Virus record (IMG/VR): IMGVR_UViG_3300020159_004055
Location: 1-63,350 of that record
Length of the DNA stretch: 63,350 bases
Direction: 5' to 3' (one strand)
Source: a virus
Taxonomy: Duplodnaviria; Caudoviricetes
Positions 41,786 through 50,507 of this stretch are shown here, piece after piece (the first letter of the stretch is position 1; the number at the start of each line of letters is the position of its first letter). The translations under genes were made by a program, and so were the position numbers. Below the pieces are notes generated by a model. It was given only the letters and a program-made list of their open reading frames with translations, was not told the DNA's origin and ran no database searches.

Positions 41786-43004
41786 AAAACAAAAAGGGAT
41801 TGATCTAGAGAAATATTTCGTCGTAACCTATTTTTTAGGTGCAAAAACTTCGTTAAGGGAAGCTGCCTGGAATTTAGCTATTGGCCAAAGTATAGGTAAT
41901 CCCAATAACAGAAGCGTTTGGGAAACTGAAGAGATGTTTGAGAACCACAGTTGCTTTATCATGCATGACGAGGAGGAACTCAAAAATTTAAAAGAAGGTG
42001 AAATTAAAATCGCGTTCCCTCTTGATAATTTAGATTTAGAAGAAGACGGGATTTCACAGATCCTGTGTCATATTGCTGGCGGGCAGGTTGATATATTGGA
42101 GATTGAAAAATGCCATATATTGGACGTAACTCTCCCCAAAATCATTGAAGAAATCTTTGCTCTCAAACCTGCTTACGGCATTGATGGTTTTAGAAAGTTC
42201 AATGGGGTGGATGGTAAGCCCTTTCTAGGAGGAATTATCAAACCCAAAGTGGGAATGTCTCCAGCGGTATTACTTGAGGCGGTGAAGGAAATGGTTTCTG
42301 GTGGTGTAAACTTCATCAAAGAGGATGAGCTACTAGCAAATCCTTCCCATTGTCCTTTAGAAGAAAGGGTTCCCCTTATAACTTCTTGGCCGAAAGAAAA
42401 TGCACCTGACGTAATTTATGCTTTCTGTATAAATGGCGACAGTCCTTATGCTTTGGAGAGAGCAAAATTTGTTTCTGAAAATGGTGGCAATGCCATTCAT
42501 ATTAATGTTTGGAGTGGGCTTGGAGTTTACCGGGCAATCAGAAAACAAAACCCTTGCCTCTGGATACACTTTCAAAAAAGCGGTGATAAATTTTTTACCG
42601 ATAGAAGAGCACCATTCCATATCTATTGGCCACTTATTTGCAAGATAGCTGGCTGGTCGGGGGTTGACTCCATTCACGCTGGTATGATTGGTGGATATAT
42701 GAATCAAGACGAGAAGGAATTGGCAGATTGCTTAAGTATGCTTTGGCATTATAATATAGTCCCAGCTCTCAGCTGCGGGATGCACCCCGGACTTGTTGAT
42801 TTTATAAACAAGCAATTAAATTCTGTTGACTGGATGGCAAATGTAGGTGGAGCAATGCACGGACATCCGTCAGGGACAAAAGCTGGTGGTCTCGCGATGA
42901 AGCAAGCAATCAACGGGGAGGTTCAATCTGAAGAGTATTTACAAGCAATAGAAAAATGGGGAATAAAAAGCTTCCCTGAAGATTTAGCATATAGAATTTT
43001 TTAA
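41769..43004 (+). CDS. RuBisCO-like protein (form IV-type RLP)
   Basis: GGIIKPKVG, GGVNFIKEDE, GVDSIHAG, PALSCGMHPG, NVGGAMHGHPSG; lacks carboxylase residues such as K334. Confidence 0.92.
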   Translation: MISIFRKQKGIDLEKYFVVTYFLGAKTSLREAAWNLAIGQSIGNPNNRSVWETEEMFENHSCFIMHDEEELKNLKEGEIKIAFPLDNLDLEEDGISQILCHIAGGQVDILEIEKCHILDVTLPKIIEEIFALKPAYGIDGFRKFNGVDGKPFLGGIIKPKVGMSPAVLLEAVKEMVSGGVNFIKEDELLANPSHCPLEERVPLITSWPKENAPDVIYAFCINGDSPYALERAKFVSENGGNAIHINVWSGLGVYRAIRKQNPCLWIHFQKSGDKFFTDRRAPFHIYWPLICKIAGWSGVDSIHAGMIGGYMNQDEKELADCLSMLWHYNIVPALSCGMHPGLVDFINKQLNSVDWMANVGGAMHGHPSGTKAGGLAMKQAINGEVQSEEYLQAIEKWGIKSFPEDLAYRIF

Positions 43005-43007
43005 GTC

Positions 43008-43466
43008 ATGAGATTAATCTCACATCGTGGAAATGTAAATGGTCCTTATTCGAATCTGGAAAATAGTCCTCATTATATCGATAAGGCGATTTCACAGGGA
43101 TTTGATGTTGAGATTGATGTCTGGGTTGTAGAAGAACAGATTATGTTAGGTCACGATTTTCCACAATTTATGGTAGATCTTGATTGGATTAAAGAAAGAC
43201 ATGATGTTCTTTGGATCCATTGCAAGAATATAGAAGCTATTACTTTCTTTGCAAGATATGATGTGCTTTTTGGGATGACCCATCCTGCATTTAATTATTT
43301 CTGGCACGAGACTGATAAGGTCACTTTAACTTCTAAAGGCGTAATATGGGCTTATCCTGGTAATCAGCCAATTTCAGGAAGCATTGCAGTTTTACCTGAA
43401 CTACATGATGATGACCTTGGAGATTGCTTTGGGGTTTGCTCTGATTTTGTAACTAGATATAAATGA
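43008..43466 (+). CDS. Minimal glycerophosphodiester phosphodiesterase (GDPD)-like protein
   Basis: LISHRGN...ENS...GFDVEIDVW...LGHD, WIHCKN, GVCSDF. Confidence 0.75.
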   Translation: MRLISHRGNVNGPYSNLENSPHYIDKAISQGFDVEIDVWVVEEQIMLGHDFPQFMVDLDWIKERHDVLWIHCKNIEAITFFARYDVLFGMTHPAFNYFWHETDKVTLTSKGVIWAYPGNQPISGSIAVLPELHDDDLGDCFGVCSDFVTRYK

Positions 43467-44245
43467 GGGTAGCACTTTTACTTCCAGGTCAAATAAGGGA
43501 GGCCAAAGATGTATTTCCTTTCATAAAGGGTAAAATCATAGATAAATTCAAAGCTGATGTTTTCATTTCAACGTGGGCACCTTCGAACAAAATAAAACAA
43601 TCCCTACACGCGGATAGTTCACACCTTGTGGATTCATTAACACTGAATGATGCCTTAGAATCTTTTAAACCAAAATCTTTTTTAACAGAAGACTACGAAT
43701 CCGAAGGTATATCAAATATAATTCAGCGTGCTTTTTCATATGATCCTTTGAGTCCAGGCACCGGAGAGATGAATCCTGCCTCAGTTTTTCTGATGTGGTA
43801 TAAAGTTATGCAATGCTTCAATTTGATGTGCGACTACGAAAAAATCATTGGTGAAAGATACGACTATGTTATAAAAGGAAGATTTGACATTAAGATCCAT
43901 AACGACTTGAATTTAGACCCGAATTTGAATACAATCTGTGTACCTCCTGGATATGATTGGAGGGGAGGAGTAAATGACGTTTTCGCTTGGGGAGGCAGAG
44001 ATGCTATGGAATGGTATAGTTCAATGTTCATGCACTTAGAAGAGTATATTCTAACGTTAAACTTTTTCCATCCGGAAACTCTTCTCCGCCGGCATTTAGA
44101 GGTTGGCCCTTATAATTTAGACCGGCCAGACCTCCACGTTTCTCTACGTGGAAAAAATGTTTGGGAAACTGAAGTGCTTGCAGAAAAATTTAATAAAAAA
44201 AGTTACAGATATATAGAATCTAAGGGAAACATTTGGGACACTTAG
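43463..44245 (+). CDS. Putative glycosyltransferase-like protein
   Basis: MRVALLLPGQIR, DVFISTW, MWYK, YDYVIKGRFD, GVNDVFAWG, HPETLL pattern seen in glycan-locus proteins. Confidence 0.6.
   Translation: MRVALLLPGQIREAKDVFPFIKGKIIDKFKADVFISTWAPSNKIKQSLHADSSHLVDSLTLNDALESFKPKSFLTEDYESEGISNIIQRAFSYDPLSPGTGEMNPASVFLMWYKVMQCFNLMCDYEKIIGERYDYVIKGRFDIKIHNDLNLDPNLNTICVPPGYDWRGGVNDVFAWGGRDAMEWYSSMFMHLEEYILTLNFFHPETLLRRHLEVGPYNLDRPDLHVSLRGKNVWETEVLAEKFNKKSYRYIESKGNIWDT
44208..44215 (+). promoter_or_regulatory. GATATATA putative promoter upstream of the gp32-like gene
   Basis: Within the last codons of the preceding ORF, about 70 nt before ATG 44285. Confidence 0.45.
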
Positions 44246-44284
44246 AGATTAAATAAAGGAATTTAAAAATAAATTTAAGGAATC

Positions 44285-45256
44285 ATGAGCAATTTAGACA
44301 TTTTTAACTTGGATGCAGAAGCATTCGTAACCAAGGCAAAAAAGGAGCAATCCGAAGGAATCGAATTTTACAAGCCTTATCCAGAAAATGGAAAGGACGG
44401 GGTTTACAAATCTCTTATTCGTTTCTTACCAAACCACGTAGATCCTACGAAATCAAAAATCCACAAGTACTACGTTTACTTAACTGATCCTTCCTCTGGA
44501 GACGGATTTGTAGCTGACTGTCCTTCCACTGTCGGAAAGAAGTCAATTCTGAAAGACATGTTCTGGAAGCTAAAGAATTCACATTCTGCTGCTGACCAAG
44601 AGCTTGCTAAGAGCTTCTCCCGTAAGGAAGATTATTATTCATTAATCCAAATTGTTCAGGACAAACATAATCCTGAGCTAGAAGGTAAAATCATGATCTT
44701 CAAATTTGGTAAAAAGCTTAACGACATGCTCGAGGCACAGCTTAAGCCAGAATACGGAGACCCTGTAAATCCATTTGATCTGTTCGAAGGAAAACTTTTC
44801 TCCGTACACACAAGAAAAGTTGGTGATTGGAACAACTATGATCTTTGCTCTTTTGTTGGAGATAGGCTTCCTATTGAAATCAATGGCAAAAGAATGCAAA
44901 AGAATAAGCAAGATATGGACACCATCCTTGAGTATTTGAAAACTGGACCAGACAATCTTACTCAATTTGATTACAGAGATTGGGATGATAATATGACTGA
45001 TCGAGTGATGAATGTTATCAGAAATTCAGTTCCTGACGGACGTATGGTAAATGAGGTTCTGTCGGGAGTAAATACATCTGCACCTTCAAAACCATCATCT
45101 AACAATTCTAGACCAACAACTTCTTCCAGCATTTATGAAGAAGCTTCTCATACTAAAGTTGGTGCCCAGCCAGAGCCGGTTAAGTCCGAAGGGATTGTAA
45201 GGCCAGAAGCACCTGAAACTTCTTCGTCTTTGGACGACCTATACGCAGATCTCTAA
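44285..45256 (+). CDS. Single-stranded DNA-binding protein, T4 gp32-like
   Basis: LIRFLP, PELEGKIMIFKFGKK, NPFDLFEG, NNYD, acidic tail SLDDLYADL. Confidence 0.85.
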   Translation: MSNLDIFNLDAEAFVTKAKKEQSEGIEFYKPYPENGKDGVYKSLIRFLPNHVDPTKSKIHKYYVYLTDPSSGDGFVADCPSTVGKKSILKDMFWKLKNSHSAADQELAKSFSRKEDYYSLIQIVQDKHNPELEGKIMIFKFGKKLNDMLEAQLKPEYGDPVNPFDLFEGKLFSVHTRKVGDWNNYDLCSFVGDRLPIEINGKRMQKNKQDMDTILEYLKTGPDNLTQFDYRDWDDNMTDRVMNVIRNSVPDGRMVNEVLSGVNTSAPSKPSSNNSRPTTSSSIYEEASHTKVGAQPEPVKSEGIVRPEAPETSSSLDDLYADL

Positions 45257-45268
45257 TTTGCAATCGAG

Positions 45269-45305
45269 AGGGAACAGTCAAGCAAGTCTTGCTGTTCCCT
45301 TTTTT
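45269..45305 (+). terminator. Rho-independent terminator
   Basis: AGGGAACAG...CTGTTCCCT followed by a T run. Confidence 0.8.
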
Positions 45306-45325
45306 ACAATCAAAGGTATTTTAAG

Positions 45326-46387
45326 ATGGATTTAGGAAGAGTTCAAGAATTAGTTAGTGAAATTTTAAGAAAAGAATTTGCAGGTAATTCAGACAAGCAA
45401 AAGATCTACCAAGCTGCAAATAGATTAAATTTCTCTTGCCCCTACTGCGGGGATAGCTCCTCGGCAAGAAAAAAGAGAGGGAATTTTTATCTGGACACTC
45501 TCACTTACAAATGTTACAACGGCGGCTGTGGCATTTACAAGGATGCTTTTTCCATGTTCAAGGATTTTTCAGTCATATCGAGACTTGAGGGTGAAGAAAA
45601 ACAGGACATCATCGAGACAATTAAGCTAGGAAAGGAGAAGAGAAGAACTCACTTTGGTGATATTGACATCTCTCTGTTTTTTGACGCTGACTTTTCAAGT
45701 GTTGTTATAGACAGGAATGACTTTGTCCAAAGGATGAATCTCGAGGAGGTTAAAGGTTCAAAGATTGAAAATTATTTGATCCGGAGAAACCAAACAGCAG
45801 ACAACAAGTTTGCCTGGGACCCTAAGGGAGAGAAGCTTTATCTTTTCAATCTAACCAAGGACGGTAAAATACTAGGATTGCAGTTTAGAAACATGTCGGG
45901 TACATCAGGTTCAAAATACTACACTTATAAGTTAAGTGGAATCTGGGAAAAAATGCTTGGAGTTACAAACCAGGAGTTCCTAGATGAGGCCAGAAAGATA
46001 GATCCTGTAAGTCATGTGTTTAACGTTGGAATGATATCCTTTGATTCGACAATTACTGTTTTCGAAGGTCCAATGGATTCTTGGCTTTGGAAAAATTCGG
46101 TTGCATTATGTTCGGTTGAGAATAAATTCCCATTCGAAGTTGAAAACATACAATACTGGTATGATTGGGATAATGCAGGAAGACAAAAGCACTCGGAGCT
46201 ATTGTCCGAGGGCAAAACAGTTTTCAATTGGAAGAAATTTTTACTAGATCACGAGCTTCCGATAAATAAAAAATGGGATCTTAATGATCTTGTAAATTAC
46301 CTTCGTGCGAAGAGGATTAAAATAAGAAGATTAGATAACTATTTCACAGAAGAAATTCTAGACTTATCTGATTTCATTTATGCTTGA
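45326..46387 (+). CDS. DNA primase, T4 gp61-like
   Basis: Zn finger CPYCGDS...YKCYNGGC; TOPRIM motifs VFEGPMDS, DWDNAG, WDLND. Confidence 0.85.
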   Translation: MDLGRVQELVSEILRKEFAGNSDKQKIYQAANRLNFSCPYCGDSSSARKKRGNFYLDTLTYKCYNGGCGIYKDAFSMFKDFSVISRLEGEEKQDIIETIKLGKEKRRTHFGDIDISLFFDADFSSVVIDRNDFVQRMNLEEVKGSKIENYLIRRNQTADNKFAWDPKGEKLYLFNLTKDGKILGLQFRNMSGTSGSKYYTYKLSGIWEKMLGVTNQEFLDEARKIDPVSHVFNVGMISFDSTITVFEGPMDSWLWKNSVALCSVENKFPFEVENIQYWYDWDNAGRQKHSELLSEGKTVFNWKKFLLDHELPINKKWDLNDLVNYLRAKRIKIRRLDNYFTEEILDLSDFIYA

Positions 46388-46607
46388 AATGCCAACAATT
46401 GATAAAACTGAAGAATGGGAAGATAGGCTAGACCAAGGACAGGGAGTTGTGAAATTTCCTGTAACTCTCTTTGACCAGCTGGAAGTTATTGACACCAATT
46501 TCGAATTTCCTGAGGTCAAGGTAAACACACCCAAGCTCAAGAAAAATTCAGTGAAAGAAATAAATCTAGGCAAAAAGCCTAAAAATAAAGGAAAAGAACT
46601 TTTTTAA
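46380..46607 (+). CDS. Hypothetical protein
   Basis: 75-aa ORF filling the gap between primase and the next gene. Confidence 0.5.
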   Translation: MLEMPTIDKTEEWEDRLDQGQGVVKFPVTLFDQLEVIDTNFEFPEVKVNTPKLKKNSVKEINLGKKPKNKGKELF

Positions 46608-46608
46608 A

Positions 46609-47055
46609 ATGTCAGAAGCACAAAAAGTAGACTACGTAAAGCTTTTCGAGCAGGAGAGGCTAGAATGGAAAGAGAAAATACAAGTCATCTCACTGAGTTT
46701 GAAAAGAATCCAAACTGTAGCAGAAGCCCAAGTAGATCTCTTTTCCAATAGACAAATATTGCTAGAATATAGCTATAAGCTCGCACAGATAGTTAGTAAG
46801 CTCGCAACAAGGGAAAGACAAGCTAGAGCTGCTAAACTTAAAGAATACGCCACTAATAGCGATGTTAGATATGGTTCGAATGAGACAAAGGTTTTAATCG
46901 AGAGTGATATTTCAGAAATCTTAGAAAAAATTCAACTTGTCGAAGGACACAGAAAATTCATAGATCAAACGATTCAGACTGTTGATCATATGCTGTATGG
47001 TATCAAGTCCCGTATTGCCTTAGAGGAATATTTGAGGGGGAGTACCGTAAAATAA
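46609..47055 (+). CDS. Recombination mediator, UvsY-like
   Basis: 148-aa helical protein upstream of UvsW; IESDI...YGIKSRI pattern. Confidence 0.55.
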   Translation: MSEAQKVDYVKLFEQERLEWKEKIQVISLSLKRIQTVAEAQVDLFSNRQILLEYSYKLAQIVSKLATRERQARAAKLKEYATNSDVRYGSNETKVLIESDISEILEKIQLVEGHRKFIDQTIQTVDHMLYGIKSRIALEEYLRGSTVK

Positions 47056-47064
47056 AATGACAAC

Positions 47065-48588
47065 ATGCTTAAGTTTAACGTTTCGGAAGATCAACAGTGG
47101 TTAATACTCGCACAGGTAAGCGACGAGATAGAGAAGAGACAGATAGAGATTTCTTTAACCAAAAAAATACATAACTGGTATTTCCATCCGCTAGTCAAGA
47201 AAAAGCTATGGGACGGGAGTATTTGCTTTATAGAAAAAAAAGGTGCATTTTGGAAGGTCCCAATTGGACTCTGGAGGGAAATTTTCGAGATTGGTAAAGA
47301 ATTCGGTCTTGAGATTGAAATCGAAGGTTTGGATCGCTTGGTTCTTTCAGATCTTAGTCTGGAAGAATTCCAGCAGTGGGTCGATGAATTTTTTGAAGGT
47401 AAAGATATACAACCGAGGGATTATCAGGTAGAAGCTGCCTGGAAGATAGTTAAGTATAGATATTCTGTCTCTGAGATCGCAACTTCTTCTGGAAAAACAC
47501 TTATCTCATTTATGATCTTTGCTTTCTTGAAACAAAGAGGACTGATCAGAAAATTTTTAATGATCGTACCCAGTACAAACCTGGTATTCCAGGGAAACGA
47601 TGATTTCATCGATTATGGGATAGGAGAACTAGGAGTTAGAATACAACAGATTGGTGGTGGCAGTAAGCTGAGAGACGAGTGTGATCTTATCATCGGTACA
47701 TTCCACTCCCTTGTGAAAAAGGATGAGGACTTTTTTGAAGAGGTTGATGCAGTTTTCGTCGATGAAGCTCACCACACAAACTCTATGTCGATTAAAAAGA
47801 TCGTAGCCAAATGTTTGCATAGTAAATGGAGATTTGGACTTACCGGTACACTTACGAAAAGAGGTTCCGCGGATCACTTGACAATTCAGCAATTTCTTGG
47901 GCCGGTTATCGTAGAAATTTCTCCAGACTTTCTATTTAAGAACCAGCACGCCACACCGGTAAATATCAAGGTAGTAATGCTGGATTGGTTAGATCTTGAA
48001 ATAAAAAACAAACTGGCGGATTTGAAGCTCAACTCTGCTAACCTTGAAGGGAATGAAGTTTATAACCTGGAACGTAAATTAGTTATTGAAAGTGAGAAGC
48101 GGCTAAAGTATGTTGTAGATTTTATTGCGAAAACTTCCAAAAATTCACTGGTTCTTTTTCAATCTGTTAAAGACGAATATGGAAAACAGATATGGAACCG
48201 TTTAAGAGAAATAACAAGCAATAAGGAAGTTTTCTACGTAGATGGAGACACGGACGAAAAACTAAGGGAGGAATATAAAGAAAGAATGTCAGGTGGAGAA
48301 AATAAAGTACTTGTAGCAACTTTCGGAACATTCTCAACCGGTATTTCGATAAACAACCTTCACAACATCTTCTTGGTAGAATCTTACAAAAGTGAAATCC
48401 TTATTAAACAGTCTCTAGGAAGGGGTATGAGAAAGATGGAGGGAAAGGATAAAGTAAATGTCATTGATTTTGTAGATGACTTTTCCACTCCTAGATATAA
48501 GAATTACCTGGTAAAACACGGAGAGGCAAGAATTCAGATCTACAAAAACGAGAAATTCAAGTACCAAATATTTAAAGTCAAGCTTTAA
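47065..48588 (+). CDS. uvsW: SF2 DNA helicase, T4 UvsW-like
   Basis: WDGSI, PRDYQ, ATSSGKT, DEAH, GLTGT, FSTGISI, QSLGRGMR. Confidence 0.9.
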   Translation: MLKFNVSEDQQWLILAQVSDEIEKRQIEISLTKKIHNWYFHPLVKKKLWDGSICFIEKKGAFWKVPIGLWREIFEIGKEFGLEIEIEGLDRLVLSDLSLEEFQQWVDEFFEGKDIQPRDYQVEAAWKIVKYRYSVSEIATSSGKTLISFMIFAFLKQRGLIRKFLMIVPSTNLVFQGNDDFIDYGIGELGVRIQQIGGGSKLRDECDLIIGTFHSLVKKDEDFFEEVDAVFVDEAHHTNSMSIKKIVAKCLHSKWRFGLTGTLTKRGSADHLTIQQFLGPVIVEISPDFLFKNQHATPVNIKVVMLDWLDLEIKNKLADLKLNSANLEGNEVYNLERKLVIESEKRLKYVVDFIAKTSKNSLVLFQSVKDEYGKQIWNRLREITSNKEVFYVDGDTDEKLREEYKERMSGGENKVLVATFGTFSTGISINNLHNIFLVESYKSEILIKQSLGRGMRKMEGKDKVNVIDFVDDFSTPRYKNYLVKHGEARIQIYKNEKFKYQIFKVKL

Positions 48589-48599
48589 CTTACAATTCC

Positions 48600-48607
48600 G
48601 ATATATA
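48600..48607 (+). promoter_or_regulatory. GATATATA putative late promoter
   Basis: Intergenic, upstream of ATG 48627. Confidence 0.6.
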
Positions 48608-48626
48608 GGATAAATTATTTAAGTTG

Positions 48627-49163
48627 ATGCAAAATCTAAAAAACTACGGGGAATTCCTTAACGAGAAGGCCAAGCCAAAAATCAAAAGGGATTATAGGGA
48701 GTATCTTGATGATGACTACACTAACCTGAGGATCAAGGAAATTCGGGATAGGATTGACATATCAACAGGTAGCTCAAGAATGGATCAAACTGTTTATGAT
48801 GAAGGTGGCGCTTTGAAAAGGCTAGTTTCAGGAACGGTTGAAAACGTTGGAAAGTTTAAAAAGCACATGTCTGATCTTTTCAAAAGCCAAAAGCTAAAAG
48901 ATATGGACCTCGAAAGCCTTAAGAAAGATAAGAAAGGCGTTCTTTCAAAATGGGGTGACTCAATAAAAACTTCTGGCAAGAACAAGGAAAAAGATTTTGA
49001 AACTTTCTACAAGGACTCTGTTGACAGAGGTAGACAAACTTTCGGTAAAGATTTTGACATGGACGAACCTAAATCAAAAGAGGAAAGAATCTACCGAGAT
49101 TATGTTTTAGGGGCTAGTAAATACTTCGAATTTGAAAAGGATGGCAAGCGTTCTAAATTATAG
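48627..49163 (+). CDS. Charged hypothetical protein, candidate internal head protein
   Basis: N-terminus MQNLKNYGEFLNE. Confidence 0.55.
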   Translation: MQNLKNYGEFLNEKAKPKIKRDYREYLDDDYTNLRIKEIRDRIDISTGSSRMDQTVYDEGGALKRLVSGTVENVGKFKKHMSDLFKSQKLKDMDLESLKKDKKGVLSKWGDSIKTSGKNKEKDFETFYKDSVDRGRQTFGKDFDMDEPKSKEERIYRDYVLGASKYFEFEKDGKRSKL

Positions 49164-50052
49164 TAAATTCATATCCCTCTTTGAGGGCGGTGCTGCTGTT
49201 AAATCTGCTAGGAGGATTAAAGAGAGAGAAGTACCTGCAACTCTTGAATCGATCGAACAGGCGATAATTCCTCTTTTGGGTGGGGGCACTATGGGGGAAG
49301 ATTATCTCATAATCGGTAGCATTGGTAAGAAGAACGATCCCGAGGATACATCAGGTGATATCGATCTAGGGGTTGATCAAAGTTTCATTGCAAGAAAATT
49401 AAACTTAGATCCAAACAACATTCTTGAGGGTGTTGAAAAGGTCTTAACTGAAGAACTTCCCGATATTCTAGGATTCACGCCAGAAATGAAATTAATGAAG
49501 GGGATCAATGTTCTCTCTATTGGCTGGCCAATCGAAGGCGATCCAACTAAGGGGATAGTACAATTAGATCTTATACCTATAAGCGGAATGGATTGGGCTA
49601 AATTCATTTTCTACTCTCCAGACTACAGAAAAAATGAGAGCAAGTATAAATCAGCCCACAGGAATTGGCTGATTCAATCTATCCTCAGTGCACTGAAGGA
49701 GGTAGAATCTAAAGACGAAGAAGGCAATGTTGAGAATTACTCAGCTTATTCACTTCGTTTAAGCGATGGGATTTTTAAAAACAAGAAAACTTTTCGTGGT
49801 GCTACAAAGAGGCTTAAAAACCCAACAACCATCCAAGGAACCAATGAGTTCATCACAAGAGATCCCGATGAAGTAATTAAAATGGTTTTTGGTCCTGGTT
49901 ATTCTCAGGACGATGTAAACACTTTTGAAAAAGCATGGTCTATCGTTTGTGCTCCAAATTATATGTACAAGGATAAATTGGATCAAATAAAAACCTACCT
50001 AAAAGATTACCTACAAAAAGGCGATTTTGAAATACCATCTGAAATTATATAA
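49141..50052 (+). CDS. Pol-beta-superfamily nucleotidyltransferase
   Basis: IIGSIGKK...SGDIDL and VQLDLI catalytic aspartates; likely start ATG 49141. Confidence 0.65.
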   Translation: MASVLNYSKFISLFEGGAAVKSARRIKEREVPATLESIEQAIIPLLGGGTMGEDYLIIGSIGKKNDPEDTSGDIDLGVDQSFIARKLNLDPNNILEGVEKVLTEELPDILGFTPEMKLMKGINVLSIGWPIEGDPTKGIVQLDLIPISGMDWAKFIFYSPDYRKNESKYKSAHRNWLIQSILSALKEVESKDEEGNVENYSAYSLRLSDGIFKNKKTFRGATKRLKNPTTIQGTNEFITRDPDEVIKMVFGPGYSQDDVNTFEKAWSIVCAPNYMYKDKLDQIKTYLKDYLQKGDFEIPSEII

Positions 50053-50504
50053 TGGAATTTACAGCAAGAAATAATGATCTGATTTATGGTGCTTTGGAGG
50101 TATTTTTGGAGCATGACTCTCCTATTCTTGTGGCAAGAGAATCGGATCACACAGTCTCATTTTCAACAATACTCGGTCAAGATGGAAGAATAAAGCCACT
50201 TGAAAATGGTGATTGGGAAATACTCCTTGAGGGAAATTCTGTTTACACCATTGAGAAAGAAATTTACGAGCTCATAAATTACCAAGAAAACACTCCACCT
50301 GTCGAGGATCTTTTACAGATTCTTTCCGAAATTTACCAACACAATTTACAGGATAAATCGAAAATTCTTGTGGAAACTATCATAAGAGGATTAGCAGGAT
50401 TAATCATAGACCAAAAGATAAGTTCCAACGTGGATTTACAATTAGGTCCTTATTTGATCACTAATAATGGAAAAATTGGAAACATCAAAATTGTACTAAA
50501 TTAA
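50052..50504 (+). CDS. Hypothetical protein
   Basis: 150-aa ORF coupled by a TAATG overlap. Confidence 0.55.
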   Translation: MEFTARNNDLIYGALEVFLEHDSPILVARESDHTVSFSTILGQDGRIKPLENGDWEILLEGNSVYTIEKEIYELINYQENTPPVEDLLQILSEIYQHNLQDKSKILVETIIRGLAGLIIDQKISSNVDLQLGPYLITNNGKIGNIKIVLN

Positions 50505-50507
50505 GAG

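Noticed and set aside
41769-43004. A true CO2-fixing RuBisCO (auxiliary carbon fixation gene)
   Set aside because: K334, E60 and probably H294 equivalents are missing; no small subunit or phosphoribulokinase is nearby.
41447-43466. Methionine salvage module (MtnD cupin, MtnW RLP, phosphatase)
   Set aside because: The cupin lacks the later His of acireductone dioxygenase, the third enzyme is GDPD-like rather than HAD, and the flanking genes point to glycan synthesis. Disfavoured, not excluded.
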